This document shows, piece after piece, positions 1 through 8,931 of a stretch of DNA of 28,297 bases. Numbering within the stretch: position 1 is the stretch's first letter; each line of letters starts with the position of its first letter. This DNA is from Promethearchaeota archaeon. GTDB taxonomy: Archaea; Asgardarchaeota; Lokiarchaeia; Sigyniarchaeales; SOKP01. The stretch covers positions 1 through 28,297 of the forward strand of contig JAEOTA010000063.1 in the NCBI GenBank assembly GCA_016840085.1, given 5' to 3'. The translations under genes and the position numbers were made by a program. Under the pieces are notes generated by a model that made no database searches, was not told the origin of the DNA, and worked only from the letters and a program-made list of their open reading frames with translations.

Positions 1-96
1 GGCATGCGAACACTCCAAAACTTAAGAATGCGAATCTCCAATAGGCTAAAGTGTCCGATTATTGTTTCACCAACTTTATTAGCAAAAGTAAATTAA
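1..96 (+). CDS. Possible 3' end of an upstream gene (GMRTLQNLRMRISNRLKCPIIVSPTLLAKVN*), product unknown
   Basis: Frame 1 is open from the window edge to TAA at 94-96 and converges on corA. The fragment is too short to assign. Confidence 0.3.
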   Translation, partial: GMRTLQNLRMRISNRLKCPIIVSPTLLAKVN

Positions 97-170
97 CAAA
101 CTAAAAATTAGTGATCATACTCTTCTTTAGGTAAAATAAAAATATTTGAAATTTATTACGAATTTTAATT

Positions 171-1271
171 TTATATCCATTTTCTTCTTCTAAAAAACAT
201 AATCATAATCATAATAATCAAAATCATTACTACAATAAGCAGTGGATACGATATAGGAGACTTAAATTCGGGCATGTAGAGAAAATTCATTCCATAAAAT
301 CCAGCTAAAAAAGACAATGGGATAAATATTGTAGAAATGATTGTGAGAACTTTCATAATTTCATTCATTCTATTACTAACACTTGAAAGATACATATCTA
401 ACATTCCAAAAATTATATCTCTATAGTTTTCTAATAGATCACTGATACGAAAAACGTGATCATAAAGATCTCTGGTGTAAATTTGTAATTCGTCAGAAAT
501 TAAATTTGATTGCACTCTTAGCAACTTATTAATAACTTCTCTTAAAGGCCAAATTGATTTTCTTACATCTATACTATTCCTTTTCAGTTGATAAATAGAT
601 TGTAAGACTTCAGGTTCAGGATTCTTAATTAATTTATCTTCAATCTCCTCAATATTTTCTCCTATAATTTCCAAAATTATAAAATAATCGTCTACTATCA
701 CATCTATTAATGCATAAATTAAGTAATCAGCGTTCATTCCTCTGATCCGTCCTTTTTTAAATTGTATTCTTTCAATTATTGGGTTAAAAATATTGCTCTC
801 TTGCTCTAAAAATGATATTACAAAATTTATACCTAAGATAAAACTTATTTGTTCAGTTTCAAAAATTTCATCTTCTTGATTCCAAATGAGTATTTTTAAT
901 ACAATAAATATGTAATCTTCATAGTCTTCGAATTTTGGACGTTGATTAGGATTTAAAATATCCTCCAACACAAGGGGATGGAGATTGAATAATTCTCCAA
1001 TTTTTTCTATAATATTTATCTCCGATAATCCTGTAATATTTATCCATCTAACTTTATTTTTGCCAATTTTTAATAAATTATTATTTAAATCTTTAATTTC
1101 TTCAATAGAAAAATTTTCTGAATCATAATCTATTATTTTTATTTTAGTTTTTATCTTTGGTTTTTCTCCAGTATATACTAGAGTTCCTGGAGGTGACCCT
1201 ACTTTTTTTTTTTTTTTAATTTTTAGAATTCGTCTTGATATAGATGTAATAAGAATATCACCATAATCCAT
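171..1271 (-). CDS. corA: Magnesium/cobalt transporter CorA
   Basis: N-terminal GSPPGTLVYTG, LHPLVLEDILNPNQRPKFEDY, the YGMNF signature, an MPEF loop and two C-terminal TM helices. Confidence 0.96.
   Translation of the reverse strand: MDYGDILITSISRRILKIKKKKKVGSPPGTLVYTGEKPKIKTKIKIIDYDSENFSIEEIKDLNNNLLKIGKNKVRWINITGLSEINIIEKIGELFNLHPLVLEDILNPNQRPKFEDYEDYIFIVLKILIWNQEDEIFETEQISFILGINFVISFLEQESNIFNPIIERIQFKKGRIRGMNADYLIYALIDVIVDDYFIILEIIGENIEEIEDKLIKNPEPEVLQSIYQLKRNSIDVRKSIWPLREVINKLLRVQSNLISDELQIYTRDLYDHVFRISDLLENYRDIIFGMLDMYLSSVSNRMNEIMKVLTIISTIFIPLSFLAGFYGMNFLYMPEFKSPISYPLLIVVMILIIMIMIMFFRRRKWI
1203..1217 (-). repeat. A15 homopolymer within the 5' end of corA (encodes KKKKK)
   Basis: 15 consecutive T on the + strand at 1203-1217, currently in frame. 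Confidence 0.9.
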
Positions 1272-1656
1272 TATTTTATTGTAGTTCTAAATTCAAAAGA
1301 TAAATTACAATAATAATTTCAATTACTGCTTAGTCTATTAATAGATATATTGATTATGAATTATAAAAAAATTATTGTTCAAGTCTTTTAACAACTTAGC
1401 AACAGTTTTAAGAATGCCTTGTTATAAATTGATTTCTAATAACAGAATTAATTCGGTATCTTTTATATAAACAAATAGAATAAGTTCAAATATAAAATTT
1501 GAAAAATTAAATTTTTAATAAAAAAAAATCAAATAAAAAAGTTTTAAATATTAAAAAATCCTAAATTTAAAAGGAATTTAAGATTAACTTATAATTTATC
1601 CAACTTAAATTCCCTTAGATCCAATAATATACAACTTACATAAGAGGTAATTATGT

Positions 1657-2313
1657 ATGGAAGAGGTTAAAAACGTTGAAAGATTAGCTAATGAAAACTC
1701 AAATATAGCGAAGGATGAAAAGTTAAAAGCAGGAGAAATGAAAAATTTAGCTAAACAAGAAGTAAAACGAGCTAAAGCAAGAGAAATGTTAGTTAAAAAT
1801 GAAATTGAATTAGCGAAAATACGTGAAAGATTGGCAGAGAAGAGCAAGAAATTAGTAGAGAGAAAAGAAAAAGTAAAGGATATTTTGAAATTTTCTGGAG
1901 AAAATTTAAAAGCTGAGAAAAATCAAGCAGTTTACAATGAAAAAGTTGCTGAGATTCAAATAAAAACAGCTGAAATTCAACGAAAGATTGCGAATGTTGA
2001 AACTGAGATTGCTGAAGTAAAGATAAAACTTGCTAATAAAAAACTTGATGAGGCAAAAGAAAGAGCAGATTTATCAAAAAAACAATTTAATTACGTTAAA
2101 CTAGTTAAGAGTAATGCTCCTGGCGAAAAAGTTACAAAGGCTGAAGAAACATACCTTAAACAACAGAAAGGCTTAACTGAATTTGAAACTGATGCAATGG
2201 AAATCAATAAAGAGATTGCGGAAAAACAGAATAAATTAGCTGATCTTAAAAAAGAACTCTCGGAAAAATTAGCAGAAAGAGAAAAAATTAGACCAGCAGG
2301 AATTAGTTCTTAA
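1657..2313 (+). CDS. E/K-rich coiled-coil protein, three long helices, unknown function
   Basis: Strong heptad pattern (VAEIQIK TAEIQRK IANVETE IAEVKIK LANKKLD), helix breaks at FSGE and SNAPGE, GAGGT Shine-Dalgarno-like motif upstream. Confidence 0.85.
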   Translation: MEEVKNVERLANENSNIAKDEKLKAGEMKNLAKQEVKRAKAREMLVKNEIELAKIRERLAEKSKKLVERKEKVKDILKFSGENLKAEKNQAVYNEKVAEIQIKTAEIQRKIANVETEIAEVKIKLANKKLDEAKERADLSKKQFNYVKLVKSNAPGEKVTKAEETYLKQQKGLTEFETDAMEINKEIAEKQNKLADLKKELSEKLAEREKIRPAGISS

Positions 2314-2324
2314 ATATGATTTAA

Positions 2325-2335
2325 TTTTTTTTTTT
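2325..2335 (+). terminator. Archaeal-type oligo(T) terminator
   Basis: T11 run just after the stop of 1657..2313, between convergent genes. Confidence 0.5.
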
Positions 2336-2380
2336 ATATTAAAGACTTTCTGCTAAAAATTTTATTTTTTTTAATAAATT

Positions 2381-3295
2381 TTACCTATCTCTATATTTAT
2401 AGATAATATTATAAACTTCTTTAGCAAATATCGGTTGATATTCAAAAAGCTTTTGAGGAGTAAATGTTAAAATACGGAATTTTACTGTTATTTTAAAGCC
2501 AAAATCAACTATATCAAAACGTGGTTTAAGTCGAAAAACACCTTTATTCTTATATTCTGTACATAAATCATCTACTTTGTCCATTATTAATCGAAACCTT
2601 TTATAAGGGAAAGTCATGCGAAATGTGTAGTTATAGAGGTTGGGATAAAGCTTTGATTGAAGTTTATAATATGCTTCTTTTAACTCACTTTCAAATTCTT
2701 TATCACCAAGACTCTCTTCAATTTTTAAAATACCCTTATCTTGAGGGGCAAGGATTTTTTTTTTAAAATCCTCAAAACTTTTTCTTCTACCAAGTTTAAC
2801 GGTATAATTTACTATAATGGAAGAAATTATTAAAGAATTTGATTTTTCAATTAATATATTATCAAAAGTTTCTAATATGATTTTTGTTAAACCTATTGAT
2901 CTGATTATTCCTTTATCATTTTGAATTTTAACTAGATCTCCTACATCAAAGGGGCGTATAATCATTAAGACTATTCCTGATATTAAATTAGCAAAAATCC
3001 CACTAGATGCGAAAGCAATTGCAATACTAATTGAACTTGCTAAAACCGCTGTAAATTCTGGTGGTATGAAATCAAAAAGTGAAAAAGCCTCTATTATAAA
3101 GAATACAATAATAAAAGTAGAAATTAATTTTAATGAAAAATTAATAATCATTTTTTGTTTTAATGGAATTTTCTTAGAATGTTCTAATATTGAAGAAACA
3201 ATCTTATTTGTTAAAAATATGGCAATTATTATTATAATGAATATTATTATAATGAAATAAATTATAGCCTCTAAATCCGTATTAAATAAAGCCAA
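2381..3295 (-). CDS. MscS-family mechanosensitive channel with divergent C-terminal domain
   Basis: AFASSGIFANLISGIVLMIIRPFDVGDLVKI...GIIRSIGLTKIILETFDN is the MscS TM3/beta-domain signature. TTG start. Confidence 0.85.
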   Translation of the reverse strand: MALFNTDLEAIIYFIIIIFIIIIIAIFLTNKIVSSILEHSKKIPLKQKMIINFSLKLISTFIIVFFIIEAFSLFDFIPPEFTAVLASSISIAIAFASSGIFANLISGIVLMIIRPFDVGDLVKIQNDKGIIRSIGLTKIILETFDNILIEKSNSLIISSIIVNYTVKLGRRKSFEDFKKKILAPQDKGILKIEESLGDKEFESELKEAYYKLQSKLYPNLYNYTFRMTFPYKRFRLIMDKVDDLCTEYKNKGVFRLKPRFDIVDFGFKITVKFRILTFTPQKLFEYQPIFAKEVYNIIYKYRDR

Positions 3296-3302
3296 TTGTA
3301 TA

Positions 3303-4193
3303 TCACCTTAATTGCGTTTTTGTGTTGTTATTCCAATCAAAATTAATTTCATCTTGATATATCTGAAAAAGAACTTCTTTTAGAAAAGGGTCAAAAAATT
3401 CTAAAATTAATTTTGGATCTTTTGATAAAATTTGAAGTGTAATACTTAAACGATCAGCAATAGTATAATTAACGTAAAAGTAAGGTTTAATTCCAAATAT
3501 TGGTTCATATTTTTTTAAGACAGGTTCTAAAAGTTCATCAATTCTTTCACCATTTACTGATCCTAAAAGTTCTACAACTTTAATATACCGCGTTAATTTC
3601 TTTTTCCCAATAAAAGCTTTTTTTACTTTTTTAATAACATTTGTTAAGTCTAGTTTATCAAATTTATTCAATTCAATATGAGAATATCTAGTTATTGATG
3701 AGTTAAACACAACGCGATTTGGAATATATGTGATGCTTCCATCAAAATCCATTAATTTTATATGATTTAATGTTATTTCTTTTATAATTCCATCAATATT
3801 ATTGGTTTGAATTAAATCTCCTACTTCAAATCCTCCCGAAGATAACAATAATATACCACTTACTATATTATTTATAATCCCTTGAAAAGTCAAGGAGATC
3901 GCAACTATTAAAAATGACAAAATAGTAATAGAATATATTGGATCCAATTCGAATAACAATAGAAAAACAAATACGATCCATATAATATTCACTATAATAA
4001 TAAAAATATAACGTGATAAGAGATTTTTAACTAGGGAGTTTAAAACTTCAATCAAAATAGTTCTTAAAACATATACGATGATATTAATTAATATTAAATC
4101 AAGTAATAACTGATCTAACCTGGAGAAAAAATAGATCCAAACCCCAATAGTAATAATAAAAATCCAAAAAATTATTTTAAAAACTCTTTTCAT
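3303..4193 (-). CDS. MscS-family mechanosensitive channel with extra N-terminal TM and divergent C-terminus
   Basis: LTFQGIINNIVSGILLLSSGGFEVGDLIQ...DGIIKEITLNHIKLMDFDGSITYIPN. Confidence 0.85.
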   Translation of the reverse strand: MKRVFKIIFWIFIITIGVWIYFFSRLDQLLLDLILINIIVYVLRTILIEVLNSLVKNLLSRYIFIIIVNIIWIVFVFLLLFELDPIYSITILSFLIVAISLTFQGIINNIVSGILLLSSGGFEVGDLIQTNNIDGIIKEITLNHIKLMDFDGSITYIPNRVVFNSSITRYSHIELNKFDKLDLTNVIKKVKKAFIGKKKLTRYIKVVELLGSVNGERIDELLEPVLKKYEPIFGIKPYFYVNYTIADRLSITLQILSKDPKLILEFFDPFLKEVLFQIYQDEINFDWNNNTKTQLR

Positions 4194-4358
4194 AATAGAG
4201 TGTATTATAAAAATTTATTTATACTTTTCATTCTATGATTTTGATAAATAAATACTATAGAATACTCCCTCCTAATACTAACAATGATTTTTTTTGCTCT
4301 CATCATTTAATCTTTCTTTAGGAAAAAAAAGATGGATATGATATAAAAACAAAAAATA

Positions 4359-5165
4359 TCATTCTTTAATTTGTTTATGCAAAAGTGGAGTTCTGATATC
4401 TATATTATATTCTTTACAAGTATCTAAAACTGCTTTATGTAAATTAGATTCAATTAAAGGCAAGTTTTTAATATCGCTTATAAAAACATATAATCTATAT
4501 TCAACAGCATAGCTTTGAAAGCTATTTATCCAAACATATGGTTGAGGATCTTCTAATACTTCAGGTATTTTTTTTGCAGCGATAAGCAAAGTATCTTCCA
4601 CTTTTTTTCTATCTTCCTCGAATCCAGGTGTTACAGATACATGTCTTCTAATGATATTTTTTTTTCCTAAATCTATAATTTCTTGTTCTAATAATTTTTG
4701 ATTTGGAATGGAAATCTTAACATTATCGAGGTCAACCATAATAGTATAAATTAATTTAATTTCAGTTATATCAGCAATTCTTCCCCCTATTAATATTCTA
4801 TCCCCTACGTTAAACGGTCTACTTAACATGATAATAAAACCTGCAATCATATTCCCTAATGTATTCATAGCTGCAAAACCAATTATCGTACCCCCTACTA
4901 GTGTAAATAGAGCTGTTATTAAACCAAGACTTTCAGCAAATTGTACAAGAATTGCAGATATTATTATTAAAAAAATCAGATATTTAATTACTTTAGTAAT
5001 ATTAAGGGCTGTACTACTTTCTAACCTCTCGCGTTTAGCAAGATTTAGAATTTGTTTCTTAATTATAAAGTATAGTATATAACCTATGATTATAGCGAGA
5101 ATAGAAATTAAAATAGGAATTAAATATGAAGAAAACCACTCCAAGATTATTTCAAAAATATTCAT
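4359..5165 (-). CDS. mscS: Small-conductance mechanosensitive channel MscS (canonical architecture)
   Basis: GFAAMNTLGNMIAGFIIMLSRPFNVGDRI, ISIPNQ, and a C-terminal VLEDPQPYVWINSFQSYAVEYRL domain. Confidence 0.92.
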   Translation of the reverse strand: MNIFEIILEWFSSYLIPILISILAIIIGYILYFIIKKQILNLAKRERLESSTALNITKVIKYLIFLIIISAILVQFAESLGLITALFTLVGGTIIGFAAMNTLGNMIAGFIIMLSRPFNVGDRILIGGRIADITEIKLIYTIMVDLDNVKISIPNQKLLEQEIIDLGKKNIIRRHVSVTPGFEEDRKKVEDTLLIAAKKIPEVLEDPQPYVWINSFQSYAVEYRLYVFISDIKNLPLIESNLHKAVLDTCKEYNIDIRTPLLHKQIKE

Positions 5166-5426
5166 GAAAATTAACCTCTTATTCCTTTTATTTAAAAATA
5201 TATATTTTAATTATTTTAAATAAAAAGAAAACATATTAATATATTTATAATAAATCTAAATTCTAAGAATAAATTCTAATAATTCTCTCTTTTTTAACTT
5301 ATGTTATTAGAACTTTAATCAAATTAATTATAAAGTCAAAATTTATATTTTAAAAGAAAAATATTTTAACTACTATTAAGAAATTCTTTATATTCACAAT
5401 TAATTTTCTTTTATGTGTGAAATTAA

Positions 5427-6140
5427 ATGGAAAAGAAAAAAGTATTATGAATTTCCGGAATTGTAGCTATTATTATTTTTATAGCTGTTTTAATCAATAT
5501 AACTATAGTATTCCCTTTAAAAGTTGAAAATGCATGGATTTACGGTATTTTTATCATAGTAGGGGGTTTAATTGTTTATTTTTCTGGATTATTTTTAATT
5601 GAGGGTTATCGTTTAGAAACAATAGGAGCGATAATTATTATTGTTGGTGAATTCTTTATAATAGCATTTTTTGCCATTTTACTAGAAACGATATGGATAA
5701 GCGTATTTATCATATTTCCTGTAATTACTTTTTCAGTTTTGCTAATTATAGCTTATTATTATAGTAAAGAAATTTTACCTAATCGAAATGCATATAACGT
5801 TTCGTTGATGTTAATAACCGGATCTCTCTTCATTCTAATGGTTGAAGCTGCTATCACGGTTCCAGATTTCTTTCATGAAACAAATATACCGATATGGGCA
5901 TTCATTATAATTACAGGAGGAATATTGCTTTATGCTTTTACAACTTGGAAAATATTGGAAAAACCCAGTTATATAATGGCCTTATCAGGTGCTTTTATTA
6001 TAAATATTGGGCTACTGATGATTGAACTTTATTATCGATTGCATGAGATTACAGGAATTTTTATGATAATATTTTTGCCTCCAGCGGTCGTTTTCTTTTT
6101 ATTAATCTATGTTAATTATAAAATATCTCCGTATGAGTAA
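5427..6140 (+). pseudogene. Polytopic membrane protein gene (about 237 codons, roughly 8 TM) with an in-frame TGA at codon 8; pseudogene, sequencing error or recoded
   Basis: ATG at 5427 reads MEKKKVL-TGA(5448-5450)-ISGIVAIIIFIAVLINITIVFPLK... and is otherwise open and in frame with the 5739..6140 ORF. The track shows only the C-terminal part. Confidence 0.75.
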
Positions 6141-6428
6141 TTGTAACTAGATATAAAGTCTTACATAGTTAGAAATGGTTCGTTAGAGCACATAATTATA
6201 CTTTTTCTATTTAGATTTATTTTAATTCTTTTTATATCAATTTTTAGGCTTTATTCATAAAAATTATTTGGAAATTGAAAAATTAAGTAAAAATAAGAGA
6301 AAAATTGAAATTAAGAGACAATATTTGTCATCTCTAAACTTATTTTTAATATGAAAAATATTTAAAAACAAAAGAAGGAAGTTTATAATTAGCAAATATT
6401 TAAAGATCTAAATAAAAAGGTTATTTCA

Positions 6429-6992
6429 ATGAGTAAAAAATCAATAGAAAAAGGTCTTAACGCATCAAATATTGGATATGGGATCTTAGTGATGATTCTC
6501 GCTGTTACAATATTCTTCTTTTCTAGTGCAGCAATAATGACGCTTATTATCTTATTTTCAGCAATTTTGATATTATCTGGAATGGCAAGAATAATTAATG
6601 CTTTCTCTAATGAAGAATTAAGTAATATTGGTGTAGTTGTAAAATTTATTTCAGGGATTATTTTAATTATAACTTCAATATTCATTATAATAGCCGTACT
6701 AGCAGATCCTTCCTTCTCAGTTGCTCTTGTAATTTTCGTGTATTCAGTAGCATTATTGATTATTGGAATTGCGAGAGTAGTTATCGGATTAGCAGGTTCT
6801 AAATATGTTAAGTGGTATCGAATTTTTCTCATTATTATAGGAATCATGGTCATTATATTATCTGTTATAGTTCTTTTTGCACCGACATTAAGTTATTCAA
6901 CAGTATTTACTATTTTCTCGATTTGTATTTTTTTAAGCGGATTTGCTAGGTTTTTGCTTGGTTTTACTGGAAAAGAAAAGTACAAAGAATAA
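6429..6992 (+). CDS. HdeD/DUF308-family membrane protein
   Basis: Six hydrophobic helices in three repeated hairpins (LILSGMARIINAF, LLIIGIARVVIGL, IFLSGFARFLLGF), typical of DUF308 repeats. Confidence 0.7.
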   Translation: MSKKSIEKGLNASNIGYGILVMILAVTIFFFSSAAIMTLIILFSAILILSGMARIINAFSNEELSNIGVVVKFISGIILIITSIFIIIAVLADPSFSVALVIFVYSVALLIIGIARVVIGLAGSKYVKWYRIFLIIIGIMVIILSVIVLFAPTLSYSTVFTIFSICIFLSGFARFLLGFTGKEKYKE

Positions 6993-7146
6993 TTTAAATC
7001 ATTTTTATTTTTTTTAATTACAATCTATATTTTTATTTGATAAGGTTTATCAGTTAGAAGAAAAAACACTCCAAAAGTATGGTGGTTATTAATTCTCAAA
7101 CAAATTCATTATTTAAAGATATTAATCAGAACTCTATGAAAACTAA

Positions 7147-7962
7147 TTAAATTATTACCTTCTCAGGATGAGTATAAATATTCATTCTACTCCCCCTAAC
7201 AAATCCAATTAATGTAATCCCGTAAGCAAAAGCCAATTTAATACCAGATTCAATTGCAGCAGAAAGAGACGCAACTATAGGAATTTTAGCCCTAATCGCT
7301 TTTAAGACAGAATCTCCTGTTAATCTTCCTGAAGAAGTTAGAAATACATTTTCAAAACCTTTTTCTTTTAAAATCAATTCACCTATGACCTTATCGATTG
7401 CATTATGTCTTCCAATATCTTCTTTAACACTTAATAAATTTCCATCAAAATCAAAAATTGCAGCACCATGACAACCTCCAGTTTCTCGATAAATTGGAGT
7501 TGAGATTTGCATTTTTTTTATAGAAGAAAAAATGAGATCTGAGTTCAATTTTACATTAGTCTCAGATTTAATAGCATTATTAATCTTAGCCTCATCCAAC
7601 TTTTTTTTAATCATATTGCGCCAAGCTGATGGGATACCACAAGTAGTATCAATAACACGACTTATTGAGTTAAGATTAAGGTTTTCAATATCAAATTCAA
7701 TATTATCGTTTAATTTGACATGTACAGAATACTCTAATTCATTAACGTCAATTTCCTCTATATCATTAATAGAATTAATAACTCCTATTGAAAATAAGAA
7801 TCCTACGGAAAGTTCTTTTAAGTCCTTTGGTAGACATATAATATTCACAAGTGGCTCAGAATTAACAAATAAATCAATTGCACTTTCATAAAGAATAACA
7901 TCGACTATTTCTTCTTTTTTTGTTTTGTTTATTCTTGTAATATTTATCTTTCGCTTAAACAA
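7147..7962 (-). CDS. fdhD: Formate dehydrogenase accessory sulfurtransferase FdhD
   Basis: PKDLKELSVGFLFSIG, ETGGCHGAA, EDIGRHNAIDK, LTSSGRL, TLIGFVRGSRMNIYTHP. Confidence 0.95.
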   Translation of the reverse strand: MFKRKINITRINKTKKEEIVDVILYESAIDLFVNSEPLVNIICLPKDLKELSVGFLFSIGVINSINDIEEIDVNELEYSVHVKLNDNIEFDIENLNLNSISRVIDTTCGIPSAWRNMIKKKLDEAKINNAIKSETNVKLNSDLIFSSIKKMQISTPIYRETGGCHGAAIFDFDGNLLSVKEDIGRHNAIDKVIGELILKEKGFENVFLTSSGRLTGDSVLKAIRAKIPIVASLSAAIESGIKLAFAYGITLIGFVRGSRMNIYTHPEKVII

Positions 7963-8121
7963 TTTTAATCCTTGAAATAAATTTAATTGATTTTTATTAA
8001 TATAATATTAATTTAATTTTTACTCTGAAAATGTTAAATTAGTATTAAATAATATTATAAAAAAGGAAAGTAAATAGCTATTTATATTTATAAGCTAAAA
8101 ATAGGATAATAAAAAATATTT

Positions 8122-8931
8122 TTATACAGCAATAAATAATCTGCCATTGGTTTCTTTACTTACAGAATGATCTCCTGAATACTCAATAAATTTACCGTTT
8201 ATTTTATCCCCATTAGGCAATTCAACAATGTTTACTTCTCCAACTTTCGTATAGGATGGAAGTCTCCTTGATACTTCACCTTTTATAACAATATTTCCCC
8301 ATGCTTGATCTGCGCCAGTGCATCGATCACAGTCACCTTCTACTATAATTGTTCCACCATGATTATGCATTCCTAAAAATGAAGCTGCACTCCCACATAT
8401 TAACTTAGGCCATTTATTAGCTCCTTTTGAATTTCGAGCCCATAACATAGATTCATTTCCAACTTTTCCTTTAACTTTTATAACTCCATCTTCCATACCT
8501 TGCCAATAACCGCGATAAGCAGCTCCAACATAATGCCCTGCATCTCCATTAATTTCTAATTCCCCTCCTTTTAGCATTGCACCAGCCCAATCATCTGCGT
8601 TTCCATTGACTGTGATTTTTCCTCCTGTCATATTGTTCCCAACATGCATCCCTACATTTCCATTAATGATAATTGCACCACCACTCATTTTTTCTCCGAT
8701 ACGTTTAACAGATGATAAATTTCCTTCGATAATAATAGTTAGGTCATTTATATCACCCGATTTTCCTGACACTTCAAAAAAATCACCTATTGTTTTTTCC
8801 TCGTTTCCATGATAAATTATCAATTTTTTAATATCTGCTTGAGTTTTACCAGCGAAATTATCAGGCGTTATAGTTTCAGCTTCTAATGGAAATTCTGGTT
8901 CCTTTTTTAATTTTAATTTGATTTCAGCCAT
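8122..8931 (-). CDS. fwdC: Formylmethanofuran dehydrogenase subunit C
   Basis: PLEAETITPD N-terminus, GXGXG beta-helix repeats, GAAYRGYWQGMEDG. Coupled to fwdB by a TAATG overlap. Confidence 0.93.
   Translation of the reverse strand: MAEIKLKLKKEPEFPLEAETITPDNFAGKTQADIKKLIIYHGNEEKTIGDFFEVSGKSGDINDLTIIIEGNLSSVKRIGEKMSGGAIIINGNVGMHVGNNMTGGKITVNGNADDWAGAMLKGGELEINGDAGHYVGAAYRGYWQGMEDGVIKVKGKVGNESMLWARNSKGANKWPKLICGSAASFLGMHNHGGTIIVEGDCDRCTGADQAWGNIVIKGEVSRRLPSYTKVGEVNIVELPNGDKINGKFIEYSGDHSVSKETNGRLFIAV

Noticed and set aside
1605-1847. Antisense or overlapping short ORFs from the track (also 3066, 4828, 6389, 7532, 8606, 10819, 11357, 14604, 15966, 17922, 20458, 21546, 21867, 22215, 23036, 23378, 23768, 24524, 25331, 25759)
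   Set aside because: They are shadow frames lying wholly or mostly within well-supported genes and have no recognisable motifs.
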